DNA of 64,000 nt from an uncultured bacterium (GCA_963727525.1 CAVSGO010000005.1:224001-288000), one strand, 5' to 3'. Counted from the first letter of the stretch, positions 1-9,940 are shown. Notes: a model not told the origin generated them from the letters alone. Made by a program: numbers and translations.

Positions 1-1014
1 GACAAGCGACTTCATCACGGCCACGCTGTCGTTCACACCCTTCAGTAGCACCGTCTGCGAACCGAGCGGAATGCCGGCATCGGCCAGGCGGCGGCAGGCT
101 CGCGCCGTCTCGGGCGTGGCCTCGTCCGGGTGCGTGAAGTGCAGGCTGAGGAACAGCGGGTGGTGGCGGCGCAGCATGCGCACGAGTTGCGGCGTGACGC
201 GCTGCGGCAAGACCGCCGGCACCTTGGTGCCGATGCGCACGAACTGCACGTGCGGGATGCGACGCAGCTCCGTGAGCAACCAGTCGAGCTTCTCGTCGGA
301 CACGAGCAGCGGATCGCCACCCGAGAGCAGCACGTCACGGATCGCCGGCGTTCGGCGAATGTACTCGAGGCCATCGAGCAGGCGATCGCGGTCGGGCAGG
401 ATCTCGTCCTGCCCCACCACGCGCGAGCGCGTGCAGTAGCGGCAGAACATGGCGCATTGGTCGTTCACCAGGAAGAGCACGCGGTCGGGATAGCGATGCA
501 CGATGCCGGGCACCGGGCTCGACGCGTCCTCGTTGAGCGGATCGTCCGACTCTCCGGGGGAACACATCAGCTCGGCCGGCACCGGGACGACCGTCTTGCG
601 CAGGGGCTGCTCCGGATCGCGACGATCGAGCAGGCTCGCGTAGTACGGCGTCACCGCCACGGGGAGCAGCGAGCCGTGGAACTGCATGGCCTGCGTCTCG
701 GCCTCGCTGAGGTCGAGCACGCGCGCTAGCTCGTCGGCCGTGCGGATGCGATTGCGCAGCTGCCAGTGCCAGTCGTGCCAGTCGCGATCGCCGGCCGCCG
801 GAAAGTACTGGCTGCGGAACGCACGCGTACGGGGGCCGGATCTGGGCAAAGAGGACTTGAGGAGATAGCTCGGAGGGAGGTCGGCTGGTGCGTGATCAGC
901 TTCGGGAACGCTCCCAACGGACGGAGGCTCGTCGGCGGTGTCCGACGGGACCTCCCGCTGGTACGTGGGCTGCGGCCCACTGAGCGCGCCACCAGGCACG
1001 CGATGATGCTGCAT
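1..1014 (-). CDS. kamA: KamA-family radical SAM protein (lysine 2,3-aminomutase-like), 3' end truncated by the window edge
   Basis: Absent from the ORF track because there is no stop in the window. Manual translation gives WHDWHWQLRNRI, SPVPGIVHRYPDRVL, CAMFCRYCTRSR (CxxxCxxC), VLLSGGDPL and SQTVLLKGVND. ATG at 1014 has an AAGGAG RBS. Confidence 0.9.
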   Translation of the reverse strand, partial: MQHHRVPGGALSGPQPTYQREVPSDTADEPPSVGSVPEADHAPADLPPSYLLKSSLPRSGPRTRAFRSQYFPAAGDRDWHDWHWQLRNRIRTADELARVLDLSEAETQAMQFHGSLLPVAVTPYYASLLDRRDPEQPLRKTVVPVPAELMCSPGESDDPLNEDASSPVPGIVHRYPDRVLFLVNDQCAMFCRYCTRSRVVGQDEILPDRDRLLDGLEYIRRTPAIRDVLLSGGDPLLVSDEKLDWLLTELRRIPHVQFVRIGTKVPAVLPQRVTPQLVRMLRRHHPLFLSLHFTHPDEATPETARACRRLADAGIPLGSQTVLLKGVNDSVAVMKSLV

Positions 1015-1118
1015 TCGTCTCCTTTGCCTGCGGCACGGTACCCGTACCGGCGGTCCTGGCGCGTCGCTGGGGCCATGTCTGGCGCTCTTTGCGACGCAAC
1101 CGGTGCTGATGGCGCGAG

Positions 1119-1146
1119 AAGATAACGAGCGGCGCCCGCTTGTCAA
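1119..1146 (-). promoter_or_regulatory. sigma70-type promoter for kamA
   Basis: Minus strand TTGACA-16 bp-TATCTT, about 100 nt upstream of the ATG. Confidence 0.55.
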
Positions 1147-1233
1147 TCCCCTCCCGCCTGCCAGGGCGAAAAATCTTTCGGAAGGTCCGGGGCGGAACTT
1201 GAGGTCCCATTGCCGCGAACGTCTCCCGGCCGC

Positions 1234-1890
1234 TCATGACGGCACCACCATCCGGAAGATGCCGATCCAGTGGCACGCGCTGCCTGCCAGCACGAAGACA
1301 TGCCAGATCGTATGGTGAAAGGGCAAGCGGCGCCACACATAGAAGACCACGCCGCCCGTATAGAACAGGCCGCCGGCGAGCAGCCAGATCAGGACGACGC
1401 CATCGATGGTCTGCAGCATGGGCTTGATAGCGCTCACGATGAGCCAGCTCATGCCGAGGTAGATCGTCAGCGACGCCCAGCGGAAACGCCGGTTGGTGGC
1501 CACGTCGAGCGTGGCACCAGCCAGGGCCAGGCCCCAGGCCACACCGAAGAGCGTCCAGCCCCACGGCCCGCGCAGGGGCCCCAGACAGAACGGGGTGTAC
1601 GTACCCGCGATGAGCAGGTAGATGGCGGCATGGTCGATCTGCTTGAGTACGTGTTTGGCGCGCGGCCGGGTCACGGCATGGTACACGGTCGAGGCCAGGT
1701 AGAGCAGCACCAGCGTGCCACCGTAAATCGCCACGCTGGTCACGGCCCAGGCGTCGCCATGCCGGTAGGTCTGGACTACCAGCACCACGAGACCGGCCGT
1801 GGCCAGCAGCACGCCCAGGCCATGGGTCCCAGCATGCAGCCACTCCTCGAGCGGCGAGTAGTAGCCACCGGTATGGGCGCGCTGCTCCAC
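1234..1890 (-). CDS. Hemolysin III / PAQR (YqfA/TrhA-like) membrane protein
   Basis: EEWLHAGTHG, STVYH, DHAAIYLLIAGTYTP, HTIWHVFV; about 7 TM. Start is probably GTG 1890 or TTG 1893 after GAGGTG (ORF extends to 1944). Confidence 0.92.
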   Translation of the reverse strand: MEQRAHTGGYYSPLEEWLHAGTHGLGVLLATAGLVVLVVQTYRHGDAWAVTSVAIYGGTLVLLYLASTVYHAVTRPRAKHVLKQIDHAAIYLLIAGTYTPFCLGPLRGPWGWTLFGVAWGLALAGATLDVATNRRFRWASLTIYLGMSWLIVSAIKPMLQTIDGVVLIWLLAGGLFYTGGVVFYVWRRLPFHHTIWHVFVLAGSACHWIGIFRMVVPS

Positions 1891-2014
1891 CAAGCTTATC
1901 ACCTCGAATGGCCACCTTGCGGCGGCGGGGGAACCATATTTCATGGGTCGATCGGAAGCGTAAACCCGGCGACCCGTCGCCGCCAGATGTCAGTACCGGG
2001 AGTTGCGTCAAGCC

Positions 2015-2650
2015 ATGGAGACACCCCCCAACTGGTTCGAGGACATCTACGCCGCAAGCACCGCCGAGGGCGACGGCGTGCCCTGGGCGCGCATGGCCCC
2101 CAGCGCCGAGATGATGACCTGGCTCGACCACGCGCAGCTCCGCGGCGACGGACTGAGCGCCCTCGTCGTGGGCTGTGGCCTGGGCGACGACGCCGAGGAA
2201 CTGGCACGTCGCGGCTTCGCCGTCACTGCGTTCGACGTGAGCGCCACGGCCATCGCGCTCTGCGGCGAGCGTTTTCCAGCCTCCCGGGTCGCGTACCAGG
2301 TGGCCGAGCTGTTCTCCGCACCGCCCGCCTGGCAGGGAGCGTTCGACCTGATCTGCGAGCACCGCACCGTCCAGAGCTTGCCCCCCGACTGGCAGGACCG
2401 CGGCATGGCCGCCATCGCGGCCTTCGCCCGGCCCGGCGGCGGCCGGATCCTGGCGATCGCCGACATGCGCCCGGAGGGTGCCGAGAAAACCGGTCCCCCG
2501 TGGCGGCTGCGCCCCGAGGAGCTGTCTGGCTTCCGCACCGCCGGCCTGCATGAGGAGAGCTTCATGCACGAGCCGCTACGGACGCGCGGCGGCCGCTCGC
2601 GCGTCACAGCCGTCTACACTCGTCCGGACCCGCGACTCCAGACGCAATGA
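2015..2650 (+). CDS. Class I SAM-dependent methyltransferase (TPMT-like)
   Basis: WFEDIYA...VPWA, LVVGCGLGDDA, AFDVSATAI, GPPW motifs. Confidence 0.85.
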   Translation: METPPNWFEDIYAASTAEGDGVPWARMAPSAEMMTWLDHAQLRGDGLSALVVGCGLGDDAEELARRGFAVTAFDVSATAIALCGERFPASRVAYQVAELFSAPPAWQGAFDLICEHRTVQSLPPDWQDRGMAAIAAFARPGGGRILAIADMRPEGAEKTGPPWRLRPEELSGFRTAGLHEESFMHEPLRTRGGRSRVTAVYTRPDPRLQTQ

Positions 2651-2760
2651 CTCTGGACCCGACTTGACGCTCGTCGGCACGACCTCGATACTCTGACGGG
2701 CCGGCCCGGCCGGCCCCTGTCGCCGTCGCCCGATCGCATCTCTTCCCACGAGGTCTGCCG

Positions 2761-3735
2761 ATGCCCAAGCTCATCGACACCCTGCTCCTGCTCGCGCTGC
2801 CGGCCAGCGGCAAGTCCGAGGTGCGCCGGTATCTGGCCACCCTCGACCCCGCCGAGTGCCGTGACCTCCTCGGCATCGGCCCGACCGTGCAGCTCGATGA
2901 TTTCCCTTACGTGCACATCATGCGCCGCATCAGTGACGAGCTGAACCAGCGCGACCTGCCCGGCCCGTATTTTCTGTCCCCGGCGCTGCCCTTCCGCGAG
3001 CCGCGCGACTGGGGCACGTTGATCGAGCTGCTCAACGAGGACTATGACGATCTGCGCGCCCAGCGGCTGGCGAGGGCCGATTCCGCCGCGGCCTGGCTCT
3101 TCGACCGCTTCGACCGGGCCCGCGCCCTGGTGGGCGCCGACCCGGCGCTACGCAAACTTCCGGAGGGCGTGCGGCGCGAGTTGGAATCCACGCTCGAAAC
3201 CGAATGCCGCGAGCTCCTCGAGCAGAAGAACGCCGCCCACCCCGACACGCTCGACGGCAAGACGCTGCTGCTCGAGTTCGCCCGCGGCGGCGCCGACGGC
3301 TCGCCCATGCCGCTGCCGGCGCCGTACGGCTACCGCTACAGCCTGGACCGTCTCAGCGACCGCATCCTCTCGCGCGCGGCCGTCCTCTACATCTGGGTCA
3401 CGCCCGAGGAGTCGCGCCGCAAGAACACCGAACGCACCGACCCGGACGACCCGGGCAGCATCCTGCACCACGGCGTGCCTAACGCGGTGATGTATGGCGA
3501 TTACGGTTGTGACGACATGGCCTGGCTACTCAACCAGAGCGACCGCCTACGCACCATCCGCGTGGAAAAAAACGGCAAGGTGTACCATCTGCCGGTGGGA
3601 CGCCTCGACAACCGGGAGGATCGGACGACGTTCGTGCGCGAGGAGCCGTCGCAATGGGCACCGGCCGACGTGAAGAAGCTACGCGACGGCCTGAGCCAGG
3701 CCTTCGCTGACCTCCACCGCGCCCGCTCCGGCTAG
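2761..3735 (+). CDS. Hypothetical protein with N-terminal P-loop (kinase-like)
   Basis: LLLLALPASGKSE Walker A-like motif, EFARGG, VLYIWVTPEESRRKN; gene-like codon bias. Confidence 0.75.
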   Translation: MPKLIDTLLLLALPASGKSEVRRYLATLDPAECRDLLGIGPTVQLDDFPYVHIMRRISDELNQRDLPGPYFLSPALPFREPRDWGTLIELLNEDYDDLRAQRLARADSAAAWLFDRFDRARALVGADPALRKLPEGVRRELESTLETECRELLEQKNAAHPDTLDGKTLLLEFARGGADGSPMPLPAPYGYRYSLDRLSDRILSRAAVLYIWVTPEESRRKNTERTDPDDPGSILHHGVPNAVMYGDYGCDDMAWLLNQSDRLRTIRVEKNGKVYHLPVGRLDNREDRTTFVREEPSQWAPADVKKLRDGLSQAFADLHRARSG

Positions 3736-3796
3736 CGCCTGGTCTTCCGGTGTTGTCCAATCGCGAGCCCGCCGCCCTGGCGGGCTCGCATCGCGC

Positions 3797-4033
3797 TCAG
3801 ACCAGCCGGGTCGCCAGCAGGCCGACGAACCCGACCAGGAAGACGAACCAGCCCCCGGCCATCACGGCACGGCCGCGACCGAGTGGGCTTTCGGCAAGAT
3901 CGTGCACCGGCAGCGCGCGCGTGGCGGAGCGCCGGGCCTTGCCCGTCATCTGGGTTCCGATGAGTGCGATGAGTGATCCGACGATGATCAGGAGCGATGA
4001 AGGTAATATGAGGTCTTCGCCCATCAGTGCCAT
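3797..4033 (-). CDS. Small 2-TM membrane protein
   Basis: Two hydrophobic helices (LLIIVGSLIALIG; GGWFVFLVGFVGLL). Start at 4033 or 4024. Confidence 0.55.
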   Translation of the reverse strand: MALMGEDLILPSSLLIIVGSLIALIGTQMTGKARRSATRALPVHDLAESPLGRGRAVMAGGWFVFLVGFVGLLATRLV

Positions 4034-4539
4034 CCAGTTCGGCCGTGACGCATGCCCGCGCCCCCGGCACGTCCAGCGGCGCCCCGCCCCTCTCTGGCCG
4101 GCGCGCCTCCCCCGAGACTTGGAGTCTCGCAGGGGGAATGTTGCCGCCACGCGAATTCGCCGATCCGCGGCAACGCGGGCCTCAAGATAGCGCGCCGGAT
4201 CCCAGGAGCAAGCCTGTTGGTACGGAATCTCACAAGGCCACGAGATCATTATAGCGAATTGCGTGCCACGACGTCCAGATCCTCGACGGTCCGAGCCATG
4301 CCAGACTCACCGACCCATGTGTCGAGGGACGCCACCGGCGCCGGCACAAACGCGTAAGTCATTATACAATAATTGCTTAAAGATCCATTACCGTACGAGT
4401 TCGGCCCTCGCCACGGCGCCGCCGCCCCGCGGCCCAGCGGCCCCACCACCCGCACCCGATACACGCCAGACCCGGCCGGGGCCCCGGCCGCATCGCGACC
4501 ATCCCCGCGTGCCTCGTGAGCGATGGCGCCCGCGCATCC

Positions 4540-4775
4540 TCCACCCCGATGGCAACCGGCGTTTGCAACGCCAGTCCCTGGTGTCCCCCCGCGGCGACGG
4601 CAGTGAACCCGCTGTTGGGTCGCGGCAACGTGCACTGGTACACCACGTTGCTCCCCACCGCCACGACCTGGCCATCGGACTTGAGACCGAGACTGCGAAA
4701 GGCACCCGCGGCGATCGCGACGTAGCCCGCGTTCGGCTGCGGCGCACGACCGCTCGCTCCGCGATGATACCACAT
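4540..4775 (-). pseudogene. Remnant of an RCC1-repeat secreted protein
   Basis: PQPNAGYVAIAAGAFRSLGLKSDGQVVAVGSNVVYQCTLPRPNSGFTAVAAGGHQGLAL is about 1.5 RCC1-like repeats; no signal peptide or intact C-terminus. Confidence 0.6.
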
Positions 4776-4813
4776 CAGAGATGATCTCACGACCAGCACC
4801 GTCGTCGTACGCC

Positions 4814-6259
4814 CTAGCTCCGCCCCCCTACCCGCGCCCCCACCACCGCCGCCACGCACGCCAGTGCCCAGGCCGCGAAGCGCAGCGAGATCGCCGCGTT
4901 CAGGCCTGGCACCAGCACCCACACGACCGTGGCCAAGGCCCCGGTAACCATACCGGCCACCACGCCGGCGCCGTTCATGCCGCGCCAGTGCAACGAGAGC
5001 AGCAGCACCGGGCCGAAGCTGGCGCCAAGGCCGCCCCAGGCGAGGGACACAACGTCGTAGATCAGATCGTGGCTGACCGCGGCGAGCACGAACGCGGCCA
5101 CGCCCACCGCGAGGGTCACCACGCGGCTCATCGCCACGAGCTGGGATTGCGTCATCGTGCGCTTCAGCGCGCGGCTCCAGAAGTCCTCGACGATGGTCGA
5201 CGTGGCCACGAGGAGCTGGCTGTCGGCCGTGGACATCATGGCCGCCACGGCGCCGGAGATGAGGATGCCCGCGATCCACGCGGGGAAGAGCAGGTTGGCC
5301 AGCACCGGCAGGATGCGCTCGGGATCGCCGCCCACGTCGGCGAGGTCGGCGCCCGTGACCACGTGGTTGTGCACGAGCGTGATACCCACGGCGCCCACGA
5401 GGGCGGCGCCGCCGTAGGCGAGCACGGTCCACACGAGGGCCACGCGCCGGCCGGTGCGCAACGAGTCGGGCCGGTCGATCGCCATGAACTTGGTCACCAG
5501 GTGCGGCTGGCCCATGTAGCCCAGGCCCCACGAGAGGCCGCCGATCACCGCCGCCGCGGCCGCCCAGCCGGTGGCGCCGCCGGTGAGCGACGCCGTCTGC
5601 CCCGTGACCTGCATCGCCGCGACGATGTCCAGGTGCTGGTGCGCGATGACGACAAGGCCGATGACGGGCATCAGCACCAGGGTGACGATCATGAGCACGG
5701 CCTGCACCACGTCGGTGTAGCACACGGCGAGGAAGCCGCCCATGAGGGTGTACAGCACCACCACCAGCGCGCCCAGCGGCATTCCCAGCGCGGGATCGAG
5801 CCCGAAGGTGACGGCCAGCACCTTGCCCGCGCCCAGGAACTGCGCGGCCACGTAGAAGCTGAAGAAGAAGACGATGATGAGCATGGAGAGCACACGCACT
5901 GGCGCGCCATAGGGGCCGCTCACCTGCGCGAAGAACTCCGGCAGCGTGATCGCGCCTCGCGCCTCGCTCACCACGCGCAGCTTGCGCGCGATCACCGTCC
6001 AGTAGAAGACGATACCGCTCACACAACCCAGCACCGTCCATACCTGCACCAGACCCTCGGCATAGAGCGCGCCACTGAGCCCCAGAATGAGCCAGCTCGA
6101 CTCGGCCGCCGTCCGCTCGCTGAGGGCGATGACCCAGGCGCCGAGGCGGCGGCCACCCAGGATGAAGTCCTCCTTCGTGCGGTTCTTGCCGAAGGTCCAC
6201 ACGGCGACGCCGGCGATGAGCAAGAGGTAGACGACCAGTCCCACGAGCGGAGAATTCAT
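4814..6259 (-). CDS. putP: Sodium/proline symporter (SSS family)
   Basis: DFILGGRRLG, ESSWLILGLSG, WGLGYMGQPH, AAMMSTADSQL, GASFGP. ATG 6259 overlaps the upstream TGA. Confidence 0.88.
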   Translation of the reverse strand: MNSPLVGLVVYLLLIAGVAVWTFGKNRTKEDFILGGRRLGAWVIALSERTAAESSWLILGLSGALYAEGLVQVWTVLGCVSGIVFYWTVIARKLRVVSEARGAITLPEFFAQVSGPYGAPVRVLSMLIIVFFFSFYVAAQFLGAGKVLAVTFGLDPALGMPLGALVVVLYTLMGGFLAVCYTDVVQAVLMIVTLVLMPVIGLVVIAHQHLDIVAAMQVTGQTASLTGGATGWAAAAAVIGGLSWGLGYMGQPHLVTKFMAIDRPDSLRTGRRVALVWTVLAYGGAALVGAVGITLVHNHVVTGADLADVGGDPERILPVLANLLFPAWIAGILISGAVAAMMSTADSQLLVATSTIVEDFWSRALKRTMTQSQLVAMSRVVTLAVGVAAFVLAAVSHDLIYDVVSLAWGGLGASFGPVLLLSLHWRGMNGAGVVAGMVTGALATVVWVLVPGLNAAISLRFAAWALACVAAVVGARVGGRS

Positions 6260-7524
6260 CAAGCCACCCAGCGCGTGAGGAGATAGATGAAACCGAAACC
6301 GACGAGATAGACCAGCCCCGCCCAGCTCAGCGCACGCATACCCGGCCCGGGGCGCTCGGCCACCGGCACGGTGTCCAGCCGCACCACCTTGAAGTTGAGC
6401 CAGCCCACCACCGGGGCCGTGAGAAACGCCGTGATCGTGGCCACGTCGACCAGCGCCGTCAGGCCGCGGAGCCACGCGGCGATGATCCCCCAGCTCACGG
6501 CCATGATCGCCACCAGCAAGCCCACGTACCCGGTGCGCCCACCGGCGGCGTCGGCCCCCGCCCAGCCATCGCCCGCGCGCAGCAGGCGCCAGCAACCGAC
6601 GAGGGTGCGCGTGTAGCCGTCGCACACCGTGAGGGTGGTGGAGAACATGGTGATGAAAGCGACGACGCCGATCATGCGTCCGCTCCAGGCGCCGAGCGTC
6701 TGCGTGTACATGGTGATGAGCTGGCGCGAGAAGACGAGGCCGCTGGGCGAGAAATCGGTCCCCGTGCCGAACATGACCAGGGCGCCAAAGCAGACGAAGG
6801 CCACGGCGAGCACACCCGTGACGGTGTAACCGACCACGAAATCGAAGCGGCAATCGCTCACCGACACGCGGCGGTGCTCCTCGCGGTTCTTCGCCAGCGT
6901 CCATAGCGACGACCACGCCGAGATATCGATGGGTGCGGGCATGAAGCCCATGAGCGCGAGCAGGAAGGCGATGCCGCTTGCCGTCCACAGGTCGGGCCGC
7001 GGCACGTGAATGTCGCCGATCGGCCCATGCACCGCCGCCACGGCCACCGCGATCAGCGTGAGGACACCCAGCAGCGAGATCATCACCTTCATCGTGCGGT
7101 CGAGAGTCTGGTAGCGCCCCACCGCGAGGATGGCGGCCACCAGCACGAGCACCAGCAGCGCGAGCTGCGGGAGCGTCCAGTCCACGCCCAGCAGCGTGCC
7201 GCAGAGGCCGGCCGTCACCGCCGTGACGGCGGCCGCGTTCACCACCGACGACACGATCGCGATGGCGAAGAACACCAGCAGCGCACCCCGTCCCACGCGG
7301 CGGAAACCATGCAACAAGCTCTCGTTCGTGGCCGCGGTGTAGCGGTGCGCGTACTCGAAGAACGGGTACTTCAGGACGAGGATCAGGATCACCGGCCACA
7401 GCAGCGTGAAGCCCCAACCGGCCCCCGCGCGCGTCGACTGCACGAGGTGCGAGGCGCCGATGGCCGCGCCGGCGAAGAGCAAGCCGGGCCCGAGAGCGCG
7501 CAGACGTGACGACGCGGGCCTCAT
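6259..7524 (-). CDS. NRAMP-related (YcsG-like) transporter
   Basis: LGPGLLFAGAAIGASHLVQSTRAGA, GFMPAPID; about 11 TM. Confidence 0.8.
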   Translation of the reverse strand: MRPASSRLRALGPGLLFAGAAIGASHLVQSTRAGAGWGFTLLWPVILILVLKYPFFEYAHRYTAATNESLLHGFRRVGRGALLVFFAIAIVSSVVNAAAVTAVTAGLCGTLLGVDWTLPQLALLVLVLVAAILAVGRYQTLDRTMKVMISLLGVLTLIAVAVAAVHGPIGDIHVPRPDLWTASGIAFLLALMGFMPAPIDISAWSSLWTLAKNREEHRRVSVSDCRFDFVVGYTVTGVLAVAFVCFGALVMFGTGTDFSPSGLVFSRQLITMYTQTLGAWSGRMIGVVAFITMFSTTLTVCDGYTRTLVGCWRLLRAGDGWAGADAAGGRTGYVGLLVAIMAVSWGIIAAWLRGLTALVDVATITAFLTAPVVGWLNFKVVRLDTVPVAERPGPGMRALSWAGLVYLVGFGFIYLLTRWVA

Positions 7525-7940
7525 GGGCGATTCCGCGGTTCGAGATAGCGACCGAGCTGCTCGCGAGCCACGTCGTCGAAGGCACGGGAGCGGCCGCTGG
7601 CCAGGTCGAAGAGCACGAAGGTCACGTCGGCGTCCACGAGCGGGTGGCCGCTGTCACGATTCACCGCTTCCTGGCGACATACGCCGGTCTTGCCGCCCAG
7701 GTGGGTCATCCAGGCACCGATGCGCACCACGTCGTGCCGGCCGGCCGGCGCACGGTAGTTCACGTCGATGTTCACGACGGCGATGCCCAGGCCTGCGTCA
7801 TCCCAGCGGCGCACGTCGATGGCCTCATCGAGCCAGCGCCAGCGCGTCTCCTCGAACAACTCGAGCCAACGGGCGTTATTCACATGTCCGTAGCCGTCGA
7901 GGTGGTAGCCGCGTACGGCGATCTCGGTGAAGAAGCGCAA
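7521..7940 (-). CDS. Acyl-CoA thioesterase (YbgC/FadM hotdog family)
   Basis: VRGYHLDGYGHVNNARWLE motif. Confidence 0.88.
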   Translation of the reverse strand: MRFFTEIAVRGYHLDGYGHVNNARWLELFEETRWRWLDEAIDVRRWDDAGLGIAVVNIDVNYRAPAGRHDVVRIGAWMTHLGGKTGVCRQEAVNRDSGHPLVDADVTFVLFDLASGRSRAFDDVAREQLGRYLEPRNRP

Positions 7941-7956
7941 AGGTGCTCCTGCCTCG

Positions 7957-8607
7957 TCATTCCAGCGGGGTGAGTCCCTCGCGGATGGCGTACTTCGTGA
8001 GCTCGGCGATCGAGCGGATGCCGAGCTTGTCCATGATCTGCTTGCGGTGGCTCTCCACTGTCTTCACGGAGAGATGCAGTTCGCCGGCGATCTCCTTCGT
8101 GGCACGCCCGGCCGCCAGGAGTTGCAGCACCTCTCGCTCGCGGGCGCTGAGCACGGCGAAGGCGCTGCCGTCGTCGGCCTCGGCGAGGCGGATGTAGTCC
8201 TTGATCACCTGCTCACTCACGGCCGGGCTGAGGTAGAGCCGCCCGGCGAGGACCTCGGCAATCACGCCCGTCAGCTCGCTGAAACCCGCCTCCTTGAGTA
8301 CGTACGCCGCGGCGCCGGCGCGGAGCGCCTCCACCACGTAACGGCGGTCGCTGTGCATCGAGAGCACGACGATGCGGGTCTGCGGGTGGTCCCGCGCGAG
8401 CCGCCGCGCCACTTCGATGCCATGCAATCCGGGCATGGCGAGGTCGAGGATGATCACGTCGGGCTGCAGCTCGCCCACCAGCGCAATGGCCTCGAGGCCA
8501 TCCTGAGCCTCGCCAACCACCTCGAGTCCGGCGTGGCTCGCCAGCAGGGCGCGCAGGCCGTCGCGAAACATCTTGTGATCGTCGGCCAGCAGGATACGCG
8601 TGGTCAC
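7957..8607 (-). CDS. NarL/LuxR-family response regulator
   Basis: ILLADDH, LDLAMP, LSAREREVLQL...KTVESHRKQIM. GTG start overlaps the kinase stop. Confidence 0.93.
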   Translation of the reverse strand: MTTRILLADDHKMFRDGLRALLASHAGLEVVGEAQDGLEAIALVGELQPDVIILDLAMPGLHGIEVARRLARDHPQTRIVVLSMHSDRRYVVEALRAGAAAYVLKEAGFSELTGVIAEVLAGRLYLSPAVSEQVIKDYIRLAEADDGSAFAVLSAREREVLQLLAAGRATKEIAGELHLSVKTVESHRKQIMDKLGIRSIAELTKYAIREGLTPLE

Positions 8608-9725
8608 GGTCGCTCCTTTCGCGGCAGCGGCGCCAGCAAACGCACGCGCGTGCCGCCGGCGGGCCGGCACGACAGCTCGAGGGAGCCGCCGAGCTGGCGC
8701 ACGCGCTCCTCCAGACTGAAGAGGCCGAATCGATGGTCACGACGCGCGGCAAGAGCTACCGCCGGATCGAGGCCGCGGCCATCGTCCTCGACCACGAGGG
8801 CGAGCGTGGCGTCGTCGCACACCAGTTCCACGGTGGCGCGCCGTGCATCGGCATGCTTGACCACGTTCACCAGCAGCTCGCGCGCGGACTTGAAGTAGAG
8901 CACGCGCAGGTCGTCCGGCAGGTCGCGGCGGCACCGGTCGCGCACCACCACCGCGAGCCCGTGCTTTTCCCCGACCTGCTCGCCCAGCCACTCCAACGCC
9001 GGCCCCAGTCCCAGTTCGTAGAGCACCGGCGGACTCAGCTCGAACGTGAGGCTCCGCGTGTAGCGGATGGCCTGGTCGATGAGGCGCAGCAGCTCCTCGA
9101 GAGCGGGATCGTGGCCGCCGAAGGCCGCTTCGCCCTGGAGCTGGCGCAAGCGGCCGCGCACGAAGGCCAGCGCCTGGCCCAGGTGGTCGTGAAGATCGCT
9201 GGCGATCTCGCGGCGCTCGCGGGCCTCGGCCAGACACAGTTCGCTGGTCAGGCGGCGCAGATCAGCGGTGCGGTCGGCCACCTGGCGTTCGAGCTGCTCG
9301 TTGACGGCGACGAGTGCAGCGTCGTCCAGGCAGTGCTGCCAGTAGCCCCGCAGCATATCGGCGAGGGAACGGATCAGCTCGCGCTCCTCGCGTAGGAACG
9401 GCCCCTCATCCGCGGAGGGGCGCTCCTCCCGGTAGGCGACCTCGAGCACGCCGGGAGACCGGTCGCGCAGCCGGAACTCCTCGCGCTGCATCCAGGGCGT
9501 CTCGACGTGGCCGGGCGTGGCCCAGGTCCGGTCGTCTAGCCGGATCCGGGCCGTCGCGGTCTCCGGGAACTGCCAGGCCCCAGGCACCTGCGCCAGGACG
9601 TCGGACACCACCGCGTCCAGGGGCCTCTCGGTATCCTGGAGCAGACGGGCCGTACGGTGCAGGGCGGTGAGTTCCTTCACGCGCTCCTGGAGGCTGTGGT
9701 GTAGGGCGTCATGCATGCCGGGCAT
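8604..9725 (-). CDS. Soluble sensor histidine kinase (HisKA_3) with GAF-like N-terminus
   Basis: ERREIASDLHDHLGQ, ELLVNVVKHA, EDDGRG, FGLFSLEERV; no TM helices. Start 9716 or 9725. Confidence 0.9.
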   Translation of the reverse strand: MPGMHDALHHSLQERVKELTALHRTARLLQDTERPLDAVVSDVLAQVPGAWQFPETATARIRLDDRTWATPGHVETPWMQREEFRLRDRSPGVLEVAYREERPSADEGPFLREERELIRSLADMLRGYWQHCLDDAALVAVNEQLERQVADRTADLRRLTSELCLAEARERREIASDLHDHLGQALAFVRGRLRQLQGEAAFGGHDPALEELLRLIDQAIRYTRSLTFELSPPVLYELGLGPALEWLGEQVGEKHGLAVVVRDRCRRDLPDDLRVLYFKSARELLVNVVKHADARRATVELVCDDATLALVVEDDGRGLDPAVALAARRDHRFGLFSLEERVRQLGGSLELSCRPAGGTRVRLLAPLPRKERP

Positions 9726-9788
9726 CGTAGCCTGCGCGCAGGCGCGGGACAAGGCCCGCTCCTGTCCCCGCCCGAACGCCCGGCATGA

Positions 9789-9846
9789 CAGGGATTCCCT
9801 GAGGCCGGGCCAGGGAATTGGCCACACGTTTTCAGGATTACCCTCG
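9789..9846. promoter_or_regulatory. Three phased operator-like sites with a 22-bp period
   Basis: CAGGGATTCCCTG (9789), CAGGGAATTGGCC (9811), CAGGATTACCCTC (9833) between the divergent kinase and amt genes. Confidence 0.55.
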
Positions 9847-9940
9847 TTGCCCGCGCGCCTCATGACTGTGACCATTGAACTTACGCTACCGCGCGTGCGC
9901 GGCAGCATCTCGCCCGTCACCCCACCGGGAGGTCGCAGTC

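Noticed and set aside
896-2569. Long Arg/Gly/Ala-rich overlapping ORFs here and elsewhere (e.g. 40556..42769, 13707..15314, 57001..58632)
   Set aside because: High-GC shadow frames overlapping well-supported genes, with no recognisable motifs.
6260-7585. Apparent 923-aa PutP fusion
   Set aside because: The extension is an alternate frame of the NRAMP-like gene; PutP starts at 6259.
9819-9834. sigma54 promoter for amt (TGGC-N7-TTTC)
   Set aside because: The -12 GC is absent, and the site overlaps the phased repeats, which explain the region better.
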